DNA of 64,000 nt from a virus (lineage: Duplodnaviria; Caudoviricetes): the IMG/VR virus record IMGVR_UViG_3300021399_000102, positions 1 to 64,000 of that record. One strand, written 5' to 3'. Below, piece by piece: positions 37,852-51,759 of this stretch; position 1 is the first letter of the stretch, and each line of letters starts with the position of its first letter. The notes beneath the pieces are model-generated. The model was given only the letters and a program-made list of their open reading frames with translations. It had not been told where the DNA came from and did no database searches. A program made the translations under genes and the position numbers.

Positions 37852-40800
37852 ATGGATTCAGAATTGACAAGACCGCAGTCCCTTTAGGAACTATATAAGA
37901 CATATTTCGCCTTTGCGAACAAGTGCCAATTCACTACCCTTCTGAGGAACTACATTCAGAATGAGGAGTGGAAGGACAAGTCGCAAGAGCCAGTTTGGAA
38001 TATACTGTCCAAGATTTCAGACGACATTGGTGCCGTCCTCACAGACGACATAGTGAACTACACGAGAAACGTAGTTGACATAAACACTTGCAAGGTTCCG
38101 CAGTTCATAGAGCAGGGAAAGATGCTTTCGTATGGGCTTGACCACATCAAGAACTCATATGACTTTCTGCCAAAGCGCATACAGTGCCTTGTGGACATCT
38201 TCTCTGTGAATCCAGAGTTCTTGATTGGAAACCACAAGAACCACATTCTCTCCGACAAGGTAATCAAGGAAATCTTGGTCTATATCAAGGATAATGCCAC
38301 ATCAAATGTGGCATTCACCAACGAGGATGTAATCGACAGGTTGATAGATGATCCACATGGTCTCACTGACGCATAGACCTACAGGAACTTCGTATTGACT
38401 TTGTTCTACACAACCATAGTCAATGCCTTGTCTGCTCCATATTCTGACGAGAACAAGCAACCTATAGTGTTCAATTTGCTTTGGAAGGAAAGGCAGAATC
38501 AGAAGAACATCATCTCCCATCTCAGGGAATACAAGACTTGGGTTGACAAGTACATCTCCAACGAAATTGAGCATCCTCTGAACGATGGAGATTTGCGCAA
38601 CACCATCTATGATGAGGTGGAGCGCGTGAAGAATCAGAAGAAGATGTCGTCGAAGTTCAATCCATTCAAGGTTGCTGACCACATCTATTTCAATGGTCTC
38701 AATCCAACGAACAAGTTGTCTGACGATGAGTTGGACTTGGTTGAGATGGTGATTGACTATCATTCCAGGACGAAATACAACTACGAGGCTCAGGAGTTTG
38801 AGGACGACCAAAGCACACAGTACGCCTACTACAAGGAATTGGAGTTCTGCGAGTATGTCAAGATGATGATGTTCGTGATGAACAACCTCAAGTATTTCGA
38901 CCTTGACAACTTGTCCTACGATCCATCAAGCAACAAGTTCATACAAACGAAAACAGATGAGGAGAAGTGCTTGCGCGTTGTGGAGTTGTTCTGCGATGGA
39001 GAACATCTCGTGGAGGATGCGCAAGGGAACGTTGTTCTAAACCACAAGGACGTGGTGTTCAAGGTGGCAAAGTTCCTTTGCGACTATGTGTTCAACATCC
39101 AATTCATGAGAGAGAACATCAAAACTGTTGCGACCAAACATGCCATGAGGGGAACAGCTGGATTGCTTGTGCATATAGTGAACGACTATCTCATCAAGGA
39201 ATTGGGGTCTGTAAGGGACAGGATCCCCTTGGAAGACGCCAAGAAGAAGGGAATAGACATAAAGTTTGGTTGGGAGATTCAACCTGACAAGTTCCTCAAC
39301 TATGGCAACGCAACTGTCCTTGAATACGAGGACGACAACGAATACTTCAACATAGAGCCAGAGAAGGATGTTCGGTTCACAGAGCGCACCAACGCAAGAT
39401 ATTGGGAGAAGTTGGAGAACATGGGAGACGACGACAAGCTCGGCGTTCTCACAAAGGCTCAAATAAGGGATTTCTACAGAAAGACCCTGGGAATGGGGCG
39501 TTTGCAGCCAAAGAAGCCAAAGGACTATGACGATGTTTGTGATTTCTTGGTTGATTTGTTCAAGATTGGCGCGAATCCAATCGCTTGGAACAACGACAGC
39601 AAAGAACTGAACAACCCAATAGACAACATAACATATGATTCTGAGGAGAAGTATGGCTACACCAAGGCTGAGAGGATGGAGGTTCAGACCAATACTGCTT
39701 TGAGGGCAAACCAAGAACGTCAATTCCTGGAATACAGTGGCAACGAGGATTTGATTGGCGAGAGCATGTACGAGTTCGTCAATAGCAAGATATTCTATTG
39801 GAAGAATACTGACTTCTCCTCGCACGTCCTTCATCCATTCATGTACAATCTGAAGCTGTGGAACAAGCTCAACAACATCATCATCAATGGCTACAAGGAC
39901 TATGTGGATAACGACCTCATAGAGTACATGTCCTCAAAGATGAAGTTCGACCAGCTTGTTGGCGAGTTTGGGGAATGCAAGAACTTCTGGAAGTACAATG
40001 TGATGGACTTGACGGGATATACCACCAGGTACGAGGCTGCCATCAAGGACGAGCATAGGGACGACGACAACAAGACCACAAGCGAGTTGACAGGATATGA
40101 TGGTTTGTTCTACCCACAAGCAGCGGAGGAATTCCTATATTTGGTCAGAAACAGAGTCCACATAAGGGATGATATTGACGACGTGGAACAGGATTTCACC
40201 TTGACAAATGGATTCTTTGCGCAACATGGTTTGGAGGTCACTGATTCTGAAGATGAAGATGAGCAGGATAAGCAGAATAAGATGAAATATATCACATCTA
40301 ACCCATTTATTGAGGCGATATATTCAATCTATTGGCAGATTAAGGAGAATCCTGTATATGAATACAAGAAGGTGAACGACAATCCAGAGGAATGGAAGTG
40401 GGTTGAAACTTCAACCAAGAAGTCTTTCTACCTCAAGTGGTATTCCCATCTGAACTACACAAGAGCAGAGTATCAGAAGATCGCAATGCAACTTTGGTAT
40501 TGGCGAAAGAGGATTTGCGAATTGATTCGCACTGACTACGACATCTCAAAGTACTGCCTGGACATATAGGGCAATTCACTCATCTTGATGCATACGTTCC
40601 ATGACGAGGATTACGAGAAGAACCCATATCTCATAGACCTTGCCATAACGCAAAGCAAGTTGATGGACAATGCTTCTGGAAACAAGAACACGCACGTTCC
40701 ATTCTGCGAGAGCAAACTTGTCCGACCAAACGAGCTTTGGGTGAGATGGAAGTCAAACCCAATTGCTATTCCAGCATTTGACGTGAATTGGCAAGAGAAG

Positions 40801-43800
40801 ACAGGGGACTACGAGTTCGACTACCACTATAGAACTGACGATTTCGAGGAAATGGGTCAGGTAACGCATTCCAACAACGATTGCAACGACGATTTCCACG
40901 TTGTCATCCGAGAGTGGAGAGACCAGTATAAGAACCTCATCCATTGGAACGAACAGGGGTTGGACGACAACAGGTTGCCGGTGTTCTTCGACATGGAGCA
41001 GTCGGCGAACGTATTGGCGTTGGCATCTTGGCGTTGCTTCACCTACACTGAAGATGGAATTGAAATAAGAGATGAGGATGGGGAACCAGTAAAGGCTACA
41101 CTTTGTGGCAAGAATCCCCTTCACATACTGTCGATTGAGCGTACAAGCACATCCACATTGGAGTACAATTGGACAAAATATACTGAAGGGACATCCAAGT
41201 TGTTCAACTTGAATCACTTGCTAAATTGGATGTTTGATGCATATCATTATTGCCCAGCAAATGGTTCGTTGTTGATACCCCTTTACAGGTTCGATTGCTT
41301 GGACGCACAAGGAGATGTTGAGCAAAGCGGACGAGATGGTTTAGAACGGGATTCTGACACCGAAGTTGAGGAGGATAAGGAAGAGCCAAGGCAAATTGCC
41401 CAAGTTGATATGTTCGTTGTCCCTGCCCAAATGCTCAAGTAGGACAACTTCTCGGCAATGGACAGGGTATATGAGTTGCCAATAGAGAAAATAGACCTCA
41501 ATGCCATATCCGACTTCTCTGACAAGTTCCTCAAATACAGGTTCGACCATCCAATCAAGGTTTGTAGAAACACGAACATGGTGTTCTCCCCTTACAGCAG
41601 CAATGGTCAGAACAAGGTCAAGTGCGCGTTCTTGGGTGTGTTCATTGATGACGATGAAGAACCCCACAAGGAGAAGAACAACTACAACAACAAGTCAATC
41701 AGGTTCAGCACTTGCGATGCAGCAACAAGATACGAGCATGATTCCCAATCAGTAGTTGATCTTGGGTTGACCAAGGGTGGATATTTCAAGCCTTGGGTTG
41801 ATGCTGATGGGAACTTGATTGTCGATAAGGATGGAAACCCATTGAACAGGGGGAATGTTGGAGATGCCAACTACATGGATGATTTCGTCAATGATGAAGT
41901 TCTGAAGAAGGATGCGTTCAATTCCTACGATTCCAACGACAAGTATGTGTTCATCATAGACTTTCAGACCACCATAGACAATTCAACGCTCTTCTTGAAC
42001 ACCAAAGAGAACCTGATGTTCTATTCCTACAACATTCTGTCTGATGCTGGGTACATTCCACACTTCGCATATCAGTCCCTTGTGAAGTATGGCGATGATG
42101 TTGATGGCACGGCATATACTTGGAGGAACAAGTATCTCAAGACCAAGAACCATCTCCAATTCGAGCTTCTTGGGCTTGACGACCAACGCATCCCAAAGGC
42201 GTTTGACGCAATGCAGAAGATGGTTGTTGAGGACACCACTGACGATTGCAAGACCCTCATCAACCCTGCAAAGATGATGGATGACATCTACAGGATATGG
42301 TGCGAGACCAAGGGCAAGAAACGCAAGTTGCTTCCTGGCGAGGAGGACAAATACGGCTATAAGGTCAAGTACGATGCCTATTTCGAGAACGAGTACAAGG
42401 ACTATTCCAATCCAAAGTGGGATTTCAATGAATAGGGCTATGAATGGGATGTTTGCAAAGACCATCCAGACGAACGGTTTGAGATTTCATTGCCTCAACG
42501 AAATGGTTCAAGAAGCCTTGTTCCAGAGACGTTGTCAGAGTTCAAGTCCATATTGGATGAATACTATGTGTCCATCCTCAGAACAGATAATGGGCAGTTC
42601 CTGAACGAGAAACGCTACATCCTCCCTCCAACCAAGGTGTCGGAGTTCGTGCTTGAACTTACTGATGACAAAAGCACACTTGACGAGGAACAAAAGAAGA
42701 AGATTGATGATGGCTTTGTGGAATGCAACCTTGGGGAGTATCTTTCCTCCCAAGTCCAGGACGACCACTTTGTTCCTGAGCAAGTTCTGTTCACCGGAAC
42801 TCAAAATCCGTTCAACTACGACAACGATGGCAGAAGGATATGGTCGAAGTCAGAGACGTTGCAATATGGCAATGGAATACTCGGCTTGGATGGAATAAAG
42901 CTCAAGATTGGCATAGAAAGCGAAGAGAGCGTAGAGCCTTTGAGGGACGTGAAGGGCAACATTGTCGCCCACGAGGAAGTTCAGGACGTGGGTGGCGTGA
43001 AGAAGATAGTTGTTGTCCCAGATACCAGAACAGTAACGAGGAAGTTCTTGCGTCCTTATGTCAAGTTCATCAAGACGGCAAGGAATTCCACTGACCTCAT
43101 AGACAAAATCCACAATGAAACCAATGTGATTGGCGAGGGTCAAATAACCATAGTGCTTTCGCATAGGAATTTGGACAACATAGCGAAATATCACATCCTC
43201 AATACTTCATCCAATCTCTACTACAATGGCTCGTTGCCAAAGGATGGAACAGAGAGATTCAAGTTCTCTGACTTCAAGTTCAAGAAGACATCTAAACTAA
43301 AGTCAAGATAGAACTACATTTAGTATTATTCACCAGATGGGAATTATAAGTTTGTGACATTGGTTGAAAATGATGGTACAATAAGGACATCCGAAACCAG
43401 AGAATCTGCCATAGTGTATGATACGAAGGAAAAAGCCATTGATTTCATCAAGAACATATGCAAGAAACACAACAAGAAAAAGGATATGTTCTATGTCTAT
43501 CAGGATAATTGGGCTACAGAAGATGTTGATGAAGAGGGAAATCCATTGTTGGAGTTCACCAATGAGCAAATTCAGGGTGAAGTTCCTCCATACTATATTG
43601 TGGGGGAAGATGAAAAGCCATTGTGGTTCTTGGAGCAAGACAAGCTTATTCCGAAGCCAAGCCAAAAAGCTTGGGATGAAGCTGCATCGAAGTGGTCGCA
43701 AGACGAGGATGATCAAACAGACTTGAAGAGAATTGGACATACGTTGGAGAAACGCGAACAAGTACCAATCAAGGAACGTGTTGATTCCGAAATAGAATAT

Positions 43801-45579
43801 CAATATGGGATTGGATTCCGCGAGAATGGCGTGACATATCCAATCCCAACCACTGGCAATTTCAAGTGGGCGCATCTCGTGAAGTCAAAGCCCGAGAGGT
43901 ATCTGGATTATCTTTACGTCAATCGTGGCACGTTGGCATTCAAGGTAAGTGAGGAATCAGAGTCCTTTGCAGAGGCAATGTCAATGATTCCACCGTTCTA
44001 CGTTGATGAGGTCACGAAGAACAAGTTGAACGACTTGAATGATGTTCAGATTCTCAAGGACTATTCTACGTTCATCCATCAAAGCGAAGACCCAACTTCT
44101 GTAAAGGATTGCTCCAACTTCAATCCATATTCAGTTGATGCAATCCTCAAATATGGCGTGGAGCAAAAGGAAATCCACAATTCACACGAAGAGACTGACC
44201 CTGAAACATAGGAGAAAAGAATTGTCATAGATCCAGATGACACAACACCGATAGTCATTTGCGCCAATGAACTTGACTCAAGCAAATCCAGATTGATAGA
44301 GTTGAGCAATCTATCCAATAAGACCCGACTTGACCTTCAGTTCGAGGATGGTGAGTTGGACGACTATCTTAAGATATACACCAACTATGTCAGGGTTGAT
44401 GATGGACATGGGGATTTCCACTATGATCTATACTTCAACATCCAAAATCTGTTCAATTCTCCGTTTGAGTACATTTCAAGCGTGACGAACCAGCCAAATG
44501 TCCTCATAATCCCAGATTCGTATCTCTATCTCCCGGGGGACAAATACATAGACAAGGGAGACCACAACGAGGTCGATCATGAACGGAAGAAGAAAACCGA
44601 AACGCCAAAGATGGATGCCATCAAGAAAGGTGGTCAATTGTCCATCTATGGTCAGGTGAAGGTATATTCAGACGATACCCTTTCTGACGTCAAGACGATA
44701 AAGTTGTTCTCCTACCAAATCTACAACGTCTCTGACGACAAGCCAAAGTTCCTCATTGAGAAGACTTATGACGTGACCAAGGCTTCGCTCCACAACAAGA
44801 CAACGAAGCAAATCAAGTTGGAGTTCTCTGACGTGCTTTGGCAAATAGACGAGAACCAATTTGAGTTCTTGAATGGTACGGATGGGCATCCGGATGAAGA
44901 TCCAAACAGCTTCAGAATACTGAATCAGGATGTGGTTGTTGTGCAGCCAATTCAAGTGAAGTACAACTGGGACAAGGATGACGATTACAGAATCAGGGAG
45001 ATGTCGTTCGACATAACCAACGATATCATAGACTTTGGCGCCGTACCGGAGCTTTGTGGCTATTCCACGCAGGCGAGGACATTGAGAAACGAGTTCTTGG
45101 ATTCCGCAAATAGGGCTTGGAGAGAGCCATATTACGATCATTGGTCAGACAGGACGATGAAATTGGAGGTTGATCCAGTGACGACCGTGCCAAGACTCAC
45201 ATTGTCATTCCCTGATGGTGGGTACAATTTCGAGACCATCTATTTGAGGTGGAAGCTTCCAAAGGGATGTCGCATTATGGACACTTTGGATAGACTTGGT
45301 GGATATGTGTTCAGTTCCACGGCAAGCAATGTTGTGGTTGATTGTGGCAATTCCATGGTGGTTCAGGACGTCCATACAACGATTGGGCATATTGTCGTGA
45401 GGGTGAAGAAGCCGGGAACGATGTATCTTGGACTTGAACATTCCACCACCAAGAGGATGAATAGGTATGTCATAACCAACTTGGCAGATGAAATCAAGAA
45501 CGCCCTTCTTCGTGGAATATTCAACCCAACCCTTGATTCTGCCATAGAGGAAGTCGATGTGAAAGACGCTTCGGATTGA
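37852..45579 (+). CDS. Giant putative virion protein (baseplate-wedge-like N-terminus), 2575 aa with 8 in-frame TAG
   Basis: Seven track ORFs share one frame, separated only by TAG (37885, 38374, 40567, 41440, 42433, 43309, 43321, 44209); DINTC and R..IK....RGT resemble wedge proteins. Confidence 0.75.
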
Positions 45580-45611
45580 CAGACAATTTGATGGAAATAT
45601 CCAAAGGGGTA

Positions 45612-45640
45612 TTGACATTCTGACCCAAATATGCGATAAT
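45612..45640 (+). promoter_or_regulatory. Sigma70-like early promoter
   Basis: GGGGTA-TTGACA-17 nt-GATAAT with TG extension. Confidence 0.7.
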
Positions 45641-45677
45641 ATAGGTGTTGTGAGACAAACAAGGAGAAGACACACCT

Positions 45678-46007
45678 ATGAAGACCTACATTGTTGATTG
45701 GCATAACAAGACCAGAAATGGCGCATGGCGCGATTATCGGAAGGTGGTTTGCACCGACGACATTGAATCCTATGTCAGGGACAAGATGAAGTTGGTTGTT
45801 GGATGCTTGGCGTATGGTCACTACAAAGGTACGTTTGACTCTGCCACTGAGGTGCGCGAATCCAAGTCCTTTGGCTACAAGTACGAGGGTATCAAGGGAG
45901 GTGAATATTGGTACTCCAAGGACAATAAGATGGTCAAGGGGGTTGCCACTTGGATGGACAAGTACGACTACAAGTTGAAGGGATGGAAGACCAATGACTG
46001 TATCTGA
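45678..46007 (+). CDS. Hypothetical protein (putative early gene)
   Basis: AAGGAG SD behind the promoter. Confidence 0.7.
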   Translation: MKTYIVDWHNKTRNGAWRDYRKVVCTDDIESYVRDKMKLVVGCLAYGHYKGTFDSATEVRESKSFGYKYEGIKGGEYWYSKDNKMVKGVATWMDKYDYKLKGWKTNDCI

Positions 46008-46401
46008 ATTGGAGAAGAAATACTCCGAAATACAGGGGGAGTCCATTGAGTTGCATGAGCAGCTCAAGCCCCTTCTCAAGAGGTTGAAGATCCTTGCCAA
46101 GAAGTCTCAGAAGTTGGGATATATGATTGACAACGATCAGAACCTCTATACGAAGGAGTTTGGTTCTTTCGTTGCAAAGGATTGGGATGATGGCATTATG
46201 TTTCGGCTCAATGACTTCGACTGCGTGGAAGATTCCATTGAGAGCATAGATGCTGTTCTCTATAACCTCAACCACACAAAGTTCTGGAGGAAGGGTCACA
46301 AGAAGATGGTAAAGGTTCGCATCTCTACTGGTCCGAACTCTACCGCCACAGTTGCCATTCCGGAGGAAGTTATCAAGAGACTTCCGCCTATGGACATGTA
46401 A
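45994..46401 (+). CDS. Hypothetical protein
   Basis: Overlapping operon gene with coiled-coil-like N-terminus. Confidence 0.65.
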   Translation: MTVSELEKKYSEIQGESIELHEQLKPLLKRLKILAKKSQKLGYMIDNDQNLYTKEFGSFVAKDWDDGIMFRLNDFDCVEDSIESIDAVLYNLNHTKFWRKGHKKMVKVRISTGPNSTATVAIPEEVIKRLPPMDM

Positions 46402-46413
46402 TGGAGAGACAAA

Positions 46414-46815
46414 ATGTCAGAGAAAAAGTCATTCATTGAGGATTTGCTTTCAACTCCACCTTGGAACAAGGAGCAGGAGAAGGTTTTGTTGGAGGATTTC
46501 CGAAAGGGAATCGTTGAAGAGGGTGAATATGAGAATGACGCAATCAAGTGGCAAGAGGGAAACGTCCTTGAGTTCGTTGAGTGCGATCCTGAATATTCAA
46601 CCATTGACAAAATCCCCTGCAAGTGCTGGCTCACTGGGGAAGGAATACTCCACGCCAGGGTAAATGCCGGCTTCTATATTGAGTTCATGCCGCCCCAGGT
46701 GCTTCACTACGCAAAGGATTGTGGCAAGAGGGTTGCGCGAATGGTCATTGACCTCTTTGACATGGAAATTGAACGTAGGGTAGATTACCTTGCGCAGATG
46801 AACTACGGACATTGA
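46414..46815 (+). CDS. Hypothetical protein
   Basis: GGAGA SD; last gene before the terminator. Confidence 0.65.
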   Translation: MSEKKSFIEDLLSTPPWNKEQEKVLLEDFRKGIVEEGEYENDAIKWQEGNVLEFVECDPEYSTIDKIPCKCWLTGEGILHARVNAGFYIEFMPPQVLHYAKDCGKRVARMVIDLFDMEIERRVDYLAQMNYGH

Positions 46816-46861
46816 TTTTGCTTCGCTCATTGGTTTCCACATTTGTGGAAACTTCCTTTCT

Positions 46862-46885
46862 GGCCGAGGAAATCCTCGGCCTTTT
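46862..46885 (+). terminator. Intrinsic terminator
   Basis: GGCCGAGG-AAAT-CCTCGGCC-TTTT. Confidence 0.8.
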
Positions 46886-46935
46886 CTGCTTGAATGGTAA
46901 ATAGAGGCGGACGATATAGGAAGGAAGCACATAAG

Positions 46936-49398
46936 ATGTACAAGAACCACAAAATAGTTGTTGCAATGACAAGCTGGACAAAGCGCATAGGTAATTGCGC
47001 ATAGGTGGTGAAATCTATACTTGAAAATACCCTTAAACCTGATATTGTGTACTTAAGCTTATCCTTGGAAGAATTTCCTCAAAGAGAATTGGCGTTGCCA
47101 TAGAACTTGATAAAATTGTCGAGACAGGAGTCTGCATTCAAAATCAATTGGGTTCCCGGAAAGAATACCAAATCAATGAAAAAGGTATTTCCTATTTTGC
47201 AATATATAGATGATGATGATATAATCATCACTTGTGATGATGATTTGGATATTCCAAAAGGACTTATCAAGTCCAGGGTATAGGATTATGATAGGTATAA
47301 ACAACCAATTACTGCAATATAGTCTCCCAATTCAAGACATGTTATGTTGCACGATATGATTGGAACATGCTATATGCCTGGGATGCATCCAACATCGTTA
47401 TATACTAAACGAATGTTGAAAGGGTTTGAGTGTTTTTATGTTCCTCCTGTGATAAAATACTCGAATGATGATTTGATCTATATGTTTTTGTTGAGACTAA
47501 ATGGATATAAGCAAGTTAGGTGTTCATATTATCCAACGTGGGACAAAAACAACAAGCAGAATGACCAAATTAGGACTTTGTTTCCAGAAGATGACTATTC
47601 TTTAAGAAACACTTATGTTGATGGAAAGACATATAATCAATCATTAAAGGAACAACTTGTTCAATTGATAGACATTGTTTATAAGGCAAAAATTTGGCAT
47701 GGAGACTTCTACAATTTATGTGCTGAATATAAAAACCGAGGAAACACTTGCCTCAATAGAAAAACACTATGTGTGGTCGCCATATAGAAAAATGAGAATG
47801 CCTACATAAATGAATGGATAGAACATAACTTAAATATAGGTGTTTCCCATATATTTCTCTATGACAATTCTTCAATCAATGAACAAATCAAATATTCCAT
47901 TTTGCCTAAATACGAGAATTTTGTTACAATTATAGAGGTATTTGATAAGAAGAAATATCAGCTGTCGGCGTACACAGAGGCATATTATAAATATGCTCCT
48001 GAATATGATTATGTTGCTTGTATAGACGTTGATGAGTTCATAACATTTAATAATGGGATGAATTTGGATAAACTATTGTCGTCTTTGCCAAAAGATTGCC
48101 AGTAGTATAGAATAAATTGGCAGTTGTTTGATGACAATGATATTGTCAATAGAGATGTAAGAAATTCAGTAGTTAAGGATTTCACCAGAAAAATCCCAAA
48201 TAGAAACACTGTAACAAAAAGCATTGTCAAAACTGGGATAAAGGATGTTGCATATACATCAACACATTATTGCTCGTGTAAGTCGAATGGCAGAAAATTG
48301 CCACTGACCACATATTATGGCAAAATGGAATAGTTGAGACAAAATCTTTTTAATGTGGATATGGGTATTTGTGATTATTCCATCGCATAGGTAAATCACT
48401 ATATCACAAAAAGTGCAGTTGAATATGTGGATAGAATAAAACGGGGAGATGCAATAATAGATTATGTTAGGTCAAAGGAAACATATTTTCAATACAATAG
48501 GTATTCCAAGGAGAAAGAACTGGTATTCAATGAATCTAATAGAACATTGACTTATGTGTATTGGGCGAATGATAAAATAAGGGATAATGCTGGCGATTGG
48601 TTTAATCATACTATAATGGATAAGATATATTTCTGCAAAAACAAAGATTATTTGTCAAGCTCAAATATGAATACAAAGATTGATATGGCAATGTGTGGTT
48701 CATTATTGGACAATTCACATACCATGGTTAAAAACTGTCAGTACATTGTTGGATGTGGAGCATAGATTCTCCATAGGAAGCCCAGCAACAATAAAGGTGA
48801 ATCTTATCTTGCTGTAAGGGGAAATATATCTAAAGAATTTCTTGAAAACAATAATGTACAAGTACCAAGTAACGTTGTTCTTGCTGATCCGGGAATTTTA
48901 TTGGGTTCGTTTTATGATTTTAGAAAGTATGTTAAGCAGAAATACGATATTGGAATAATTTGCCATTATATGGATGAACAGAAGGTTAGGGAAAAATATG
49001 GGGATGATCCGAACCACATTGTGATTTCAATGCGTACAACTGATATTCAGAAATTGGCATATACTATTTGTCAATGCAAATTGACGGTTTCCTCTTCATT
49101 GCATGGAATAGTTTTCTCTCATTCATTGGGTGTTCCATGCTATCATATATCATTATCTGAGTTGAACAACAAGTCCGGGGATATAAAGTTCAACGATTAT
49201 TATTCATCGTTTCCATTGGAATATGAGAAATTCGTGTATAGAGACTATAAGATAGATTTCCCAAGAATATTGGAATATGATTCCCATAATAGGGGAAAAT
49301 CAAATCCAACCATCGACATGGTTAAGAAAAAATAGAAGGAACTTTTGCGTGTGTTTCCATTTAAGAACTTGATTCGTAAACAATTCATTTCCAAATAA
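46936..49398 (+). CDS. Three-domain glycan enzyme (GT-A, GT92-like, polysaccharide pyruvyltransferase), 820 aa with 10 in-frame TAG
   Basis: TCDDD; KNENAYINEWIEH..IGVSHIFLYDN..IDVDEF; NAGD..GSLL..VRG..DPG..SSSLHG; only TAG interrupts the frame. Confidence 0.8.
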
Positions 49399-49412
49399 AA
49401 GGATATACTAAA

Positions 49413-49841
49413 ATGTCGAAGTTAAATATATGCTTGATATTTCATCAAAACATGATATCGTTATGTGTATCAGCAATCAAAACCATACTTGATAGTTAGA
49501 TTGATGCTAATAGAATCTATCTCACGATGTCATATAAGGAATTTCCAAATTGGGAATAGGATTTACCAAAAAGTCTTTGTCATTTAATAATGACATCAAA
49601 TAAGATTATTCTAAATTGGGTGGATGACATATATGGATTCGAGAAAAATGCGATTGCCAAGATTAGGCAATATGTATCAAGTGATTCTGATGTAGTTATT
49701 ATCAAAGATCGAGATTGCGTATTAAAGGATTATATTTTAGAAAAGATGAAACATGTATCAAGAGGATGTGAGTATAAAAACATCAAAGCAAAGCCATAGG
49801 AACATAAAGTCCAAAATCATTCGACATTTTGGTTTCATTGA
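49413..49841 (+). CDS. Short GT-A-like paralogue, 142 aa with 3 in-frame TAG
   Basis: Aligns with the N-terminus of 49889 (RIYLT.S..EFP..EQ.LPK.L.HL.MTSN..ILNWV). Confidence 0.65.
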
Positions 49842-49888
49842 TGTATAAGAATCTAAATGGTAAATATTCCACATGAAGGAGAATATGA

Positions 49889-51490
49889 ATGTCCACTATA
49901 AACATCTGCATGACATCTTTTCCAAGGCGCATAACGAATTGCGTTCCAGTAATAAATTCGGTACTTGATAATACAGTCCTTCCCGACAGAATATATCTCA
50001 CGCTTTCCCACCAGGAGTTCCCTGGTTTCGAGCAAAGTTTGCCAAAGGAATTATATCACTTGGTGATGACTTCCAACAGGGTAATCCTGAATTGGGTTGA
50101 GGACAACACAAAGTCCATGAAGAAGGTGTTTCCAATCCTGTCATATCTTGAAGACGACGACATCATCATTCCAATTGATGACGACATGCTTCTGCCAAAG
50201 GATTTCATAGAGGCAAGGCTCAAGGACTTCAGGGACAACAACTGCGAACATCCAATCACGTCCAATCTCTCCAAGACAATCAACATGGACAATATGGTGT
50301 TCACTGTCTATTCTCTGGTTCAGAAGAAGATGCTCAATGGTTGGGAGAAGTTGAATGTTCCATTGGTTCTGGACACATGCAACGACGACAGAACATATCT
50401 CTATCTTTGCCATCTCAATGGCTACAAGCTTGTTCCTTGCACTAAGTATTGCTACACGCCGGGAGATTCACATGGAATCGAGAAGCTTCCAATTGCTCCA
50501 AGAAGTGACTATCAATATCAAGTGGGGCCGTTGTATGACAGGATTCTTGCTCCATTGATTGCCAAGTTGTCTGGTGGCAAGACCATACGCGACTGCTTTG
50601 GATTGTTCAATCCAAAGGAAGAGGTTGTAAACGACAAGAAGCAGAAGAGGAATTTCGTGGATGTCAAGCAACTTTCATCTCCATCCACGAGACCAGAGAT
50701 AGATGTTGCAACTGCACGATTGTTCCAATACAACCTCAAGAATCCAATCAAGCACGATTTGGTGTATGTGCTTGGAGATGGAAGCCACTACAAGAACCTG
50801 GAGATAAAGATTTCCATAACATCCATGTTGAAGTTCTGCTCACATTGGATAAATGAAATCTACGTGGTTGGCGAGAATTCAGGAATCAAGAACCCAAAGG
50901 TGCATCACATCTACGCGCCAGACGTTTCAAGAAGCAACAAGGACGCGAACATCATCTACAAGTTGAACATGGCGATATAGAGGATTCCAAAGCTCACTGA
51001 GAACTTCTTGTTCTGCTCTGACGATATTCTTGTCACTCGGAAGTCTGATTGGGAGGATTTCATGCCAAGACAGGTGTTCGAGTACAACCAGAACGACGAG
51101 TTCAGAAAGAGATTGAGGGAGGATACCAAGGACAATCCTTGGGATGAACTCTTGATAGGGACTATGGACAGGTTTGTTGGGAACAGGGAGCATATCTACT
51201 TCTACGAGCCACATATCTTCGCTCCAATCAACAAGAAATACTTCAAGCGAATGTGCAGGGAGATTGACTACTTGAACAGCAAGAATGTCATCATAATGTC
51301 CCTTTGGTTCAACTGGCTTGGGTTGCCCAATCCCCCAAAGAAGTACGATCATATGTCAATATTTAATCAAAGTCAAGCAATGAAGATGAACAAGCTTGAA
51401 CGCCATTTGACATACAACGACAAGGCGTTTGGGGTTAAGGAGTTCAGGGATGGTCTAATAGAACTTGTCACTATGGACGAGTTCAAGTAA
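49889..51490 (+). CDS. GT-A domain fused to a Stealth-like hexose-1-phosphate transferase, 533 aa with 1 TAG
   Basis: IDDD; DLVYVLG, E.K.SI.S..K, LTENFLFCSDD; TAG at 50978 joins two track ORFs. Confidence 0.75.
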
Positions 51491-51491
51491 A

Positions 51492-51710
51492 TCAATAGGT
51501 CTGGTCTTTCTTGATGAAGGACTCTACTGCAAGATGGTCTATGTCTGTTTGGCGTAGAATAATTACATTATTGGCAATCATGCATTGATGCTTGGCTTCT
51601 TCCTTCGCGCATTTCCATTCGTATTCTTCGTCTGAAAGTTTAGGGTCTCTCCAAGTCAAGTACATTTCCTCCTTGCCTGTCTCCTTATTGGTTGTGATTA
51701 GATGCTTCAA
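51492..51710 (-). CDS. Hypothetical protein
   Basis: TTG start with GGGAG SD; GTAAATA at 51743-51749. Confidence 0.5.
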   Translation of the reverse strand: MKHLITTNKETGKEEMYLTWRDPKLSDEEYEWKCAKEEAKHQCMIANNVIILRQTDIDHLAVESFIKKDQTY

Positions 51711-51759
51711 GGAACTCCCATTCTTTGGAGCATTGTTTCATCTATTTACCATTTTTACA

